This document shows positions 1-7,811 of a stretch of 26,047 nucleotides of DNA, one piece after another. Under the pieces are notes generated by a model. The model made no database searches. It worked only from the letters and a program-made list of their open reading frames with translations, and was not told where the DNA came from. The stretch spans positions 1 through 26,047 of the forward strand of contig CAXFSR010000031.1 in assembly GCA_964005815.1 (NCBI GenBank), written 5' to 3'. How positions within the stretch are numbered: position 1 is the first letter of the stretch; each line of letters starts with the position of its first letter. This DNA is from an uncultured Nitrospinaceae bacterium (GTDB lineage Bacteria; UBA8248). The translations under genes were made by a program, and so were the position numbers.

Positions 1-185
1 CGCATAGGACCACCCCAATACACATCAGCGATGCCTTCGCTCAGTTGCTGCGCAACCGTGTCCGGACTAGGACTTGTGCTTAACGTTACATCTACTCCTT
101 CCGTTTCGTAAGTTCCAAGTGCGAGGGGAAGGTAGTAGGGCGTGTAGAACATTGCTCTGAATGATTCACACAGATTTATGGCCAT
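1..185 (-). CDS. NitT/TauT/SsuA (NMT1/THI5-like) family ABC transporter substrate-binding protein, 5' part only (runs off the left edge)
   Basis: Not in the ORF track. Translated by hand from the ATG at 185: MAINLCESFRAMFYTPYYLPLALGTYETEGVDVTLSTSPSPDTVAQQLSEGIADVYWGGPM.., open to the edge. The 'FYxPxYxxxxxGxxxxEGxDV...L.EG.AD' pattern is typical of the family N-terminus. Confidence 0.8.
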   Translation of the reverse strand, partial: MAINLCESFRAMFYTPYYLPLALGTYETEGVDVTLSTSPSPDTVAQQLSEGIADVYWGGPM

Positions 186-213
186 ATCTCTTGTCTCAAA
201 ATAACTGATGATA

Positions 214-1875
214 TTAATGATTTCCTAATTCTAACCTTACTTTCGAAAGTTCTTCGTTATTTTTGTCTTTAGCATAAATAACAACATAATATGAGTGCCC
301 TTGGCCACCTGAACAAGGACCTAAATAAACACCTCCACCACAATTTCCGCATTCATGTGCACTTTCTTCTTTTATGCCCTTAGGGAGTTCATCAGTTTCC
401 CCCTTGAAGGAAGGAATGGTCATTTCATTTTTTCCTTTTGGCACTTTGATAGAAACTACTCCATGAGCTCCTTCAGATTCCCAATTTTCATCTGAGAAAT
501 GTAAAAAAAGCTTCACTGCATTTGGTGGGATATTGCTGACTTTCATTGGAGGAGACATGCCTTTACCTCCTTTTGATTCACATGTCCCCTTATCCGGTAC
601 ATAGCCTTCCCCATTCTTCCAAGCAGGGTCTGTATGCTTGACACTTATTTTTCCAGTATAGACAGTTGGCTGTTGTTTAGTTTCTTTTTTCTTTCTTGCA
701 AGTTCTTCCGCTTCTTTCTGTCTAGCTAGTTTAGTTTCTTTTTTCACTTTTATTTCCTGTTTTTTGATAATTTTAGGAGCAGTAATTTTGATTCGCTTTG
801 CTTTCTCCTTTAAGTTCAATTTGAGTGCTACGTTTTTAAGAGTAGGTCTTGATAATATGAACGTAGTAGTTTCTTCATTAATAGGATTTAGTACTTCTAG
901 TTTTGAAGATTTCAAGGCTGTTGTTATTTTTTTTATATAATGAAGAATCTTTTGAACTGTATCCGTATCTTTAAGCATATTTCTTGCAGCATACGCAGTT
1001 AGAAATTTCTCATAAGTACGCGCGATTTGAATGTTTTCTTTAATAATGTTTCTTCTTGCGAGGGCTTCAGCTATTTCTCTTTTTCTCTTTGCAAGAGCTC
1101 TAGCTTTTTCTCTTTTTCTCTTTGCAAGAGCTCTAGCTTTTTCTCTTTTTGATAGAAAAGCTGAGAATCCAATGTTGTTTTTCATTAGCTTTTTAAGGGA
1201 ATTAAAACTTAATTGAAGTTGGGAAGTATCCTTTTTCTTTTGTGCTGTCTTTATGTTTACTATTGTCCCTAAGATTCCTAAGAGATTTGGCGTTTTAGGA
1301 TTTTTCGTGAGATAGATCTGTACATCGCTTAAATAAATATTATCTTTAGTGGATAGAACTGAGAAAGTATTTTTAGGAGAAGTTTTTGTCTGTATATTTT
1401 TTGTTACTTTGGAAAATTTCCTTTTTTTACTTTTTTTCTTTGCAAGAATAATTGGTTTTGGAGAAGCTTTCTTTTTCGCAAGAATTCTTTTGTCAATCCA
1501 GGCTGCATCTCCAGCGCTCCCAGTGCCAGTAAGTTTCAACTTTTCAACTGTTCCTCCAAATCTTCTTATACTGTTTCCTTCATAATCACATACTTTTTTT
1601 TCGAGAACTCCATTTGCAAAAACTTTTCCTTCGCAATTGCCTTCCAATTCTCTGAATGAGGGGTCATCGATATTGAAATCAACTTTGTATTTTTTTCCGT
1701 CTTTCGAATATTTTATTTGCATATAAAAATCATGATCGCATTCATTGCAAAGTAGTTTTTTAGATTCATAACCTGCCCAGTAAGGAGAATTTGTTTCAGC
1801 GATAGATGTGAGAAATGCAAACGGAAATAGAAAAATGCAAAAGAAAATTAGAAAAAATAGTCCTTTTGAAAACAT
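214..1875 (-). CDS. Secreted Lys-rich hypothetical protein with a C-terminal PEBP (YbhB/YbcL)-like domain
   Basis: 553-aa ORF with SD GAGGTG upstream and a hydrophobic N-terminal signal peptide. The middle is a charged helical segment. The last ~140 aa contain SPPMKVSNIP..D..HG..YLGPCSGGQGHSYYVVIYAKD, which resembles the YbhB/YbcL 'SPPL..P / YxGPCPP..H.Y...YALD' motifs. Confidence 0.65.
   Translation of the reverse strand: MFSKGLFFLIFFCIFLFPFAFLTSIAETNSPYWAGYESKKLLCNECDHDFYMQIKYSKDGKKYKVDFNIDDPSFRELEGNCEGKVFANGVLEKKVCDYEGNSIRRFGGTVEKLKLTGTGSAGDAAWIDKRILAKKKASPKPIILAKKKSKKRKFSKVTKNIQTKTSPKNTFSVLSTKDNIYLSDVQIYLTKNPKTPNLLGILGTIVNIKTAQKKKDTSQLQLSFNSLKKLMKNNIGFSAFLSKREKARALAKRKREKARALAKRKREIAEALARRNIIKENIQIARTYEKFLTAYAARNMLKDTDTVQKILHYIKKITTALKSSKLEVLNPINEETTTFILSRPTLKNVALKLNLKEKAKRIKITAPKIIKKQEIKVKKETKLARQKEAEELARKKKETKQQPTVYTGKISVKHTDPAWKNGEGYVPDKGTCESKGGKGMSPPMKVSNIPPNAVKLFLHFSDENWESEGAHGVVSIKVPKGKNEMTIPSFKGETDELPKGIKEESAHECGNCGGGVYLGPCSGGQGHSYYVVIYAKDKNNEELSKVRLELGNH
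1074..1150. repeat. In-frame 33-bp perfect tandem repeat (~2.3 copies) encoding KREKARALAKR
   Basis: GCAAGAGCTCTAGC occurs at 1091 and 1124, and identity at period 33 extends over 1074-1150. A degenerate third copy (REIAEALARR) follows in the protein. Confidence 0.95.
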
Positions 1876-1986
1876 AAGAATTCACCTCATGATTAAAAGA
1901 TAAAATATGATTTTTTATTTGTAATATTATTTTAGCATAATTTTAAGTAATTTTTTAATACAGGACATAGGCTTATGCTAGGAGTT

Positions 1987-2220
1987 TTATAATATACCTT
2001 CATCTTCCAACTTTTTAATCTCTTTCATTTTTTTAATTATATAGGAAGAAATTGAACCGAAAACTACCAATAAAAAGGGTAGTCCTTTAGATAATCCCGC
2101 CCCAATATACGGAGTATAATCTATACTGAAAACATATTTTCCAAGGAAAAGCAAAACTCCAAGAATGATGATGATATTGGATGCAATTAAGAAGTTTCTG
2201 TATGTATCATCTTTTTTCAT
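1987..2220 (-). CDS. Small two-TM hypothetical membrane protein (77 aa)
   Basis: Part of ORF 1987..2286. The ATG at 2220 (MKKDD) is preceded by AAAAGGAGAGATT, so it is the likely start. Two hydrophobic segments and a charged C-tail. Confidence 0.7.
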   Translation of the reverse strand: MKKDDTYRNFLIASNIIIILGVLLFLGKYVFSIDYTPYIGAGLSKGLPFLLVVFGSISSYIIKKMKEIKKLEDEGIL

Positions 2221-2408
2221 AATCTCTCCTTTTTTCGTGAATATACCATAACTTGGCATACTTTTTTTTCCTTGCAGATAAGACATGTAAAAAGAAATCC
2301 AAGCTATTCTGTTTAATAGTAATGTTGAGAGTTAAAGTCTTTAAAGGCGATAAATATGATTCACTTTTGCAAGAAGATTGAATTGAAATTATGTCCTATT
2401 TTAAAGAC

Positions 2409-2437
2409 TTGATTCAACAATTTTAAAGTGCTAACGT
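2409..2437 (+). promoter_or_regulatory. Candidate sigma70 promoter of the ABC operon
   Basis: TTGATT-N17-TAACGT with TG in the extended -10 position (TGcTAACGT), 46 nt upstream of the ATG at 2484. Confidence 0.4.
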
Positions 2438-2483
2438 TTTTTTGGCAAAAAAATATTTTGTTAATAATTTATTGGAGGAAACC

Positions 2484-3602
2484 ATGTTGAAACATCTTCG
2501 TTTTTTATCTGTTTCTTTTTTGGCTATTGCATTTGCAATTTCTAGTTTTGGTTTTGTGAAATTAGCGTCTGCAGATGTTAGTCCTCAAGAGAAAAAACTT
2601 GCACGAGCAGCAAAAAAAGAAGGGGCAGTAACAATCATCAACCCTCTTTTTAGTGATCGTACCGCTAAGAGAATGCAACGCGTTTTCATAAAACGGTATG
2701 GACTTGGAAATAGTTTTAGATTGAATAATATTCGTAAAGGTACAGGTTCAACTGTAGCAACAGTGCGCCAAGAAATTAAGGCTGGCAAATTTACAATTGA
2801 TGTGCACTTAGTAAGTGCACCTGGTTTCTTTTATGCAGCACAAAAAAAGAAGAAAGCATTTGCTAAGTTAGATAGTGCGCATTGGAAAGATAACGTTGAA
2901 TTAGTAGAAAAAGCTGGTCAGTATCATAATTATCCATATGTTGTTACACCGCTTGCTTACACATTCCAACCTGTGTGGAATAGTTCTTGTCCAGGAATGA
3001 AAGACATCAATGTAACTTCTTATGCAGATACAGTTCAGCCAGCTCTTACTGGCAAAACAATATCTCCAGATATCACAAAGAGTTTCACATACACCAATAC
3101 AGTTATTTCTCTTATAGAGAACGGTGTAAACATGAACGCTATTTGGGATAAGTTGAAAGCTACAAAACCAATCGTTGAGTTCCGTACAGAACCAAAAATG
3201 CAATTGGTTATTGCTTGTGAGAGACCATTTGATATGCATAACCTTTCTGGTCGTGTGTACCAAAATGTATTAAAAAAACCTGAATTAGCAAAGAAAATTA
3301 AAATTGGTTATTACAAAGAAGGACAAGTTCTTCTTGGAAACCAAGCAGCAGCAGTGAAAGGTGGACCACATCCAAATGCTGGGAAACTGCTAGTTGATTT
3401 TCTTTTAAGTAAAGAAGGTGCTGATGTGTTTGTTGAAGGAGAGGCAATATATTCCTTCCGTAAAGGTTACACTGCACCAGCAGCAGCAAGACCTTATCTT
3501 CTTGACCTTAGTAAGCATAAATTACTTGGTTTGAAGGATTGGGTTGGAGCGCAAAAGAAATTTAAAAAAGTACGTGGAGAGTGGATCAAGAGATTCAAAT
3601 AA
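2484..3602 (+). CDS. ABC transporter substrate-binding protein, FbpA/AfuA-like (PBP2) class
   Basis: The ATG at 2484 follows GGAGG and is preferred to the TTG at 2442. Signal peptide ends in ASA. Family motifs: AAKKEGAVT, 'EIKAG..TIDV', 'KGGPHPNAGKLLVDFLLSKEG'. Adjacent to a permease and ATPases. Confidence 0.9.
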   Translation: MLKHLRFLSVSFLAIAFAISSFGFVKLASADVSPQEKKLARAAKKEGAVTIINPLFSDRTAKRMQRVFIKRYGLGNSFRLNNIRKGTGSTVATVRQEIKAGKFTIDVHLVSAPGFFYAAQKKKKAFAKLDSAHWKDNVELVEKAGQYHNYPYVVTPLAYTFQPVWNSSCPGMKDINVTSYADTVQPALTGKTISPDITKSFTYTNTVISLIENGVNMNAIWDKLKATKPIVEFRTEPKMQLVIACERPFDMHNLSGRVYQNVLKKPELAKKIKIGYYKEGQVLLGNQAAAVKGGPHPNAGKLLVDFLLSKEGADVFVEGEAIYSFRKGYTAPAAARPYLLDLSKHKLLGLKDWVGAQKKFKKVRGEWIKRFK

Positions 3603-3622
3603 ATTGAATATATAAATCGACT

Positions 3623-3654
3623 GGACAGGGCTCGTTTTTTTTCGAGCCCTGTTC
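3623..3654 (+). terminator. Intercistronic stem-loop (partial terminator or mRNA stabiliser) after the binding-protein gene
   Basis: GGACAGGGCTCG-T8-CGAGCCCTGTTC: a 10-bp perfect stem plus 2 further pairs, followed by TCTTGT (weak U tract). Confidence 0.7.
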
Positions 3655-3697
3655 TCTTGTAGTTATTTCCCAATGTATCCATTTCGAATGCAGGAAT

Positions 3698-5446
3698 ATG
3701 AACGAAGAAAACATAGCAATCGAGCCAAATACAGAGAAAGCAGTATGGTGGAAAAGTTTTATTACCACCGAAAATATCGTTACATCTTTAACTAGCCTTG
3801 TTATTTTTATAGCTATAATTTTGCCTTTATTTTGGCTTGTTTTGAGTAGTTTTCAAATCTTAGACGACATGGGTTTTGATACGGAATGGGGATTAGGAAA
3901 TTATTATGAAATTTTTCAAGGTCGTGTTATTCGTAAAGCTTTCATCAATACACTTATCATTAGTACAGGTACGACCATCCTCGCTACATTTCTAGGTGTT
4001 TTGCTTGCATGGATTAACGCTCGTACAAATTGTCCATGGCGCGACAAAATTGAACCATTCAACTTAATACCTTTCTTTCTAAGTCCTTTTGTTGGTGCTA
4101 TCGCATGGCATAATTTAGCAGCACCAAAAGTAGGATTTCTGAATAATATAGCTAGAGGAATCTTCGGTATCGAAAGTCATATCATGAACGTTGATAATAT
4201 TTTCGGTGTTATCTGGGTTACTGGAATTTTCTTTACCCCTTTAGTCTATCTATTTGTAGTAGGTTCTCTCCGTAGGATGGATCCTTCTCTAGAAGATAGT
4301 GCGCGTACTACGGGAGCAAGTTTATTTAGAACAACAATGACGGTTACGCTTCCTTTGGTAACTCCCGCGATTTTGTCCGGTGCAATCATTGTATTTGTAA
4401 CTTCTGCTGGAGAATTTGGAGTTCCATTTAAATTGGGAGCACCTTATGGATATGACACTTTAACTACACAAATTTACTCAAAAGCTGTTGGTGACGATGC
4501 AAATCATTATTTAGGCGCAGCCATGAGTATGACCCTTGCAGCTATTACATGTATCTTAATTTGGATCCAGAGGCGAATTATTGCTCCTAGAGAATACACT
4601 ACAGTTACGGGAAAAGGATTTAGGCCAAATACGATAGATTTGGGTCGTTGGAAATGGGCAGCTCTATCTGTTAATTTATTTTACGTATTTGTTGCAGTTA
4701 TACTCCCTCTGATTTGCTTGCTTATCGTTAGCTTCCATCCTGTTTGGGAAGGAAAAATAATTCCGGCAGACTTAACCTTGTGGAACTATAAGAAAATTTT
4801 ATATTTCTGGTCTCCTGAGAGTATTGGTATAGCAACAAGAGGAATAATCAATAGTTTTATACTTGCTTTCTCTGGTGCAACGATAGCAATGGTTTTTGCA
4901 ATTCTTATAAGTTATATGATTCACAGAACTAAAGGTTTTGGTGCTACCGTTCTTGATTTTCTATGTGTAATTCCTATTGGATTTCCTGGAATAGTTTTAG
5001 CTATGGGAGTTTTGGTTACTTATATCAAAACACCCATTTATGCCACTCTTGGAATTCTGTTGGTTGGGTATATAACAAGATTCTTTCCATATGGACAAAG
5101 AAACATCTCGTCCATTATGTTGGCAATCTCTGAAGAATTAGATCAAAGTTCAAGAATGGCCGGTGCAACATGGCTGACTACATTGCGTCGCATTACGATA
5201 CCTCTTCTTAAACCAGGCATCTTTGCAGGTTGGATTCTATTGTTTGTTATTTTCCTTAGAGAACTCTCAATATCAATTATTTTATATTCAGTTGGTACTG
5301 AAACATTGTCTGTGGGGGTTCTGTACTTAGCAGATTTTGAAGGCGACCCCTTAACGGCTGCTCTGGCAATTGTACAAACGGTAATATTGCTGGGTTGTAT
5401 TATTTTATTTAGAAAAGTTGCTGGCAAAGAGGCTCTAACGGCGTAG
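3698..5446 (+). CDS. ABC transporter permease, FbpB/AfuB-like with two fused TM domains
   Basis: 582 aa with ~12 hydrophobic segments. Two EAA-type loops (MDPSLEDSARTTGAS..TLPL; ISEELDQSSRMAGA..ITIPL) and a 'YTTVTGKG' linker typical of this permease class. Confidence 0.92.
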   Translation: MNEENIAIEPNTEKAVWWKSFITTENIVTSLTSLVIFIAIILPLFWLVLSSFQILDDMGFDTEWGLGNYYEIFQGRVIRKAFINTLIISTGTTILATFLGVLLAWINARTNCPWRDKIEPFNLIPFFLSPFVGAIAWHNLAAPKVGFLNNIARGIFGIESHIMNVDNIFGVIWVTGIFFTPLVYLFVVGSLRRMDPSLEDSARTTGASLFRTTMTVTLPLVTPAILSGAIIVFVTSAGEFGVPFKLGAPYGYDTLTTQIYSKAVGDDANHYLGAAMSMTLAAITCILIWIQRRIIAPREYTTVTGKGFRPNTIDLGRWKWAALSVNLFYVFVAVILPLICLLIVSFHPVWEGKIIPADLTLWNYKKILYFWSPESIGIATRGIINSFILAFSGATIAMVFAILISYMIHRTKGFGATVLDFLCVIPIGFPGIVLAMGVLVTYIKTPIYATLGILLVGYITRFFPYGQRNISSIMLAISEELDQSSRMAGATWLTTLRRITIPLLKPGIFAGWILLFVIFLRELSISIILYSVGTETLSVGVLYLADFEGDPLTAALAIVQTVILLGCIILFRKVAGKEALTA

Positions 5447-5467
5447 AAATTAATTAGAAGGTGTTTT

Positions 5468-6577
5468 ATGACTGAAGAATCAATGAAAGATTATTTGAGA
5501 ATCCAAAATCTAGTGAAATATTTTGGAAATGACCGTGCTGTTGATGGAATTTCATTTGATCTCCCAGAAGGTGAATTTCTAACACTATTGGGGCCATCTG
5601 GATGCGGAAAGACTACGACTTTAATGTGTATAGCAGGTCTTCATAAACCTGACTCTGGAGAAATAACTGTTGGAGGAAAATCGTTCACTTCTATGGAAAA
5701 CAATATTTTCCTTCAACCCGAGAAACGAGATATTGGAATGGTGTTTCAGAGTTATGCTATTTGGCCGCACATGACAGTTGAAAAAAATATATCCTATCCT
5801 TTAGAGGTTCGTAATTATGACACAGGTGAAATTGAAGATAGGGTAATGGAAGTTATTCGTTTAGTAGGACTTGAGGATATGGTAGGGAAAGATGCAACAC
5901 AACTTTCTGGTGGTCAGCAGCAACGAGCTGCACTAGCTCGCGCAATAGTATGTGACCCAAGTTTGCTTCTCTTTGACGAACCCTTAAGCAATCTAGATCT
6001 GAAACTTCGAGAAAAAATGCGTTTAGAACTTAAAAGAATACAAAACGAAGTAGGAATTACTTCTGTGTATGTTACGCATGATCAGGCTGAAGCTCTTGTA
6101 ATGAGTGATGAAATTATAGTGATGAGTAAGGGAAAAATTGAACAAACTGGTGGCCCACATTCTATATATGCGAAACCAACAAATCGGTATGTGAGTAATT
6201 TTATTGGAATGGCCAATCTTCTCGAAGGAAAAATTGTCGCTATTTCTAAAACAGGGTTAAGTGAGATTTCTATTTATCAGGATGATGAATCCATAACGAT
6301 ACCATGCGTGGTGGATGATGATACATTGCAAGAAGGAGATGCTGCTGTTTTATCTGTTAGACCTGAGAATGTATATGCAAATAAAGAAAAGCCAGAAGGT
6401 CCAACTATAAAAGGCGAAGTAATTCAAACTGTTTTTCTGGGGAATTATGTCGATTGTAGAGTGAGATGGGGTAATTTCGAATGGAAAATTCAGGCACATC
6501 CAAGAGAAAATTTGAGAGAGGGTGAGAGTGTGTATATTCGTTTGGACTCTAATCATGCATTGGCTGTTTTGCCTTAA
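5468..6577 (+). CDS. ABC transporter ATP-binding protein 1 (FbpC/PotA-like, C-terminal TOBE-like domain)
   Basis: Walker A GPSGCGKTT, Q-loop MVFQSYA, signature LSGGQQQR, Walker B LLLFDEP, H-loop YVTHDQ. Confidence 0.95.
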   Translation: MTEESMKDYLRIQNLVKYFGNDRAVDGISFDLPEGEFLTLLGPSGCGKTTTLMCIAGLHKPDSGEITVGGKSFTSMENNIFLQPEKRDIGMVFQSYAIWPHMTVEKNISYPLEVRNYDTGEIEDRVMEVIRLVGLEDMVGKDATQLSGGQQQRAALARAIVCDPSLLLFDEPLSNLDLKLREKMRLELKRIQNEVGITSVYVTHDQAEALVMSDEIIVMSKGKIEQTGGPHSIYAKPTNRYVSNFIGMANLLEGKIVAISKTGLSEISIYQDDESITIPCVVDDDTLQEGDAAVLSVRPENVYANKEKPEGPTIKGEVIQTVFLGNYVDCRVRWGNFEWKIQAHPRENLREGESVYIRLDSNHALAVLP

Positions 6578-6589
6578 AGGAGATTCTTT

Positions 6590-7690
6590 TTGTCCACTGT
6601 TCAAATACAAAGTCTTGTAAAACGATTCGGCAAAGAAGTAGCCGTTGCAGGAATAGATTTAAATATAGAGAAGGGAGAGTTTGTTACACTCTTAGGTCCT
6701 TCCGGTTGCGGAAAAACAACAACACTTCGTTGTATTGCCGGTCTCGAACATCCGGACGAGGGAGAAATTTCTATTTCAGGAGAATTGATTACTTCTGTAG
6801 AAAAAGACATTTTCCTTAATCCTGAAGATCGGAATTTGGGGATGGTATTCCAAAGTTATGCTGTCTGGCCACATATGACAGTTTTTGACAATGTTGCATT
6901 CGGATTGAAAATCCGTAGAGCAAGTCGCAATGAAATAAAAGAAAAAACAAACAAAGCATTAGAACTAGTCGGTTTGTCTAATGTTGCCGATAGATATACA
7001 ACTAAGCTTTCAGGTGGACAAAGGCAAAGAGTAGCTTTAGCGAGAGCTATAGTTTATAGACCTGAAGTTATACTTTTCGATGAACCACTTAGTAATTTAG
7101 ATGCGAAACTTCGTGAACAAATGAGAATTGAATTAGTTCGCTTGCAGCAAGAGGTTGGAATAACTTCAATTTACGTAACACATGATCAAACTGAAGCTCT
7201 AGTAATGAGTGATCGTGTGGTAGTCATGGATAAGGGTATAATTCAACAAATCGATAATCCAGAGAAAATATATGCCAAACCAAACAATTCTTTTGTGGCA
7301 AATTTTATTGGTGTTGCTAATCTTATTGAAGGTGAATTCCTATCTGATTCAGGTGAATGGGCAGATGCTAAATTCCCATTGGGTGAGGGAAAAAAATCTA
7401 TTAATCTCAGTGCTGTATGTAACGATTCTGTCCATAAAGGACAGAAAGTAATTCTCTCTATAAGACCAGAAGATATTACTTTATATTTAGAGACACCACC
7501 TGATGGAACGACTAATGTCCTGGTAGGTGAAATTATTGAAACTGTTTATCAAGGAAACCTTTTAGATTGTCAGGTAAGGGTAGGTGATCATGAAATTGCT
7601 GTACAGATGAATCACTTCGAACAACTTCTTACTAGTCAAAAAGTTTTTATCGGTTTCTCTCCTGAACATGCATTATTTCTTGCCGAATAG
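6590..7690 (+). CDS. ABC transporter ATP-binding protein 2 (FbpC/PotA-like, C-terminal TOBE-like domain)
   Basis: TTG start after AAGGAG. GPSGCGKTT, MVFQSYA, LSGGQRQR, VILFDEP and YVTHDQ are all intact. Confidence 0.95.
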   Translation: MSTVQIQSLVKRFGKEVAVAGIDLNIEKGEFVTLLGPSGCGKTTTLRCIAGLEHPDEGEISISGELITSVEKDIFLNPEDRNLGMVFQSYAVWPHMTVFDNVAFGLKIRRASRNEIKEKTNKALELVGLSNVADRYTTKLSGGQRQRVALARAIVYRPEVILFDEPLSNLDAKLREQMRIELVRLQQEVGITSIYVTHDQTEALVMSDRVVVMDKGIIQQIDNPEKIYAKPNNSFVANFIGVANLIEGEFLSDSGEWADAKFPLGEGKKSINLSAVCNDSVHKGQKVILSIRPEDITLYLETPPDGTTNVLVGEIIETVYQGNLLDCQVRVGDHEIAVQMNHFEQLLTSQKVFIGFSPEHALFLAE

Positions 7691-7721
7691 TTCTCTTTAT
7701 TTCTGTGTAAAACCATATATG

Positions 7722-7750
7722 TTGAAATGTTCAATTCTTAGTGATAATGT
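7722..7750 (+). promoter_or_regulatory. Candidate sigma70 promoter of tilS
   Basis: TTGAAA-N17-TAATGT with extended TG (TGaTAATGT). A small dyad, TTGAA-atg-TTCAA, overlaps the -35 box. Confidence 0.35.
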
Positions 7751-7811
7751 CACAAATTCAGTAAAAATCTCATAAACCTATTCAATAGTCTTTTAAAAGA
7801 ACGATGAAATT

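Noticed and set aside
1074..1150. 33-bp repeats as a mini CRISPR array
   Set aside because: The copies are directly adjacent with no spacers, lie in frame within a CDS, and no cas genes are present.
1732..1749. CNECDH (and HECGNCG) in the 553-aa protein as c-type heme motifs
   Set aside because: Neither is CxxCH (an Asp or Gly follows the second Cys); disulfides or a metal site are more likely.
2221..2286. N-terminal extension of ORF 1987..2286
   Set aside because: A strong SD precedes the ATG at 2220, and there is none before 2286.
2442..2483. TTG start at 2442 for the binding protein
   Set aside because: GGAGG-ATG at 2484 gives a normal signal peptide.
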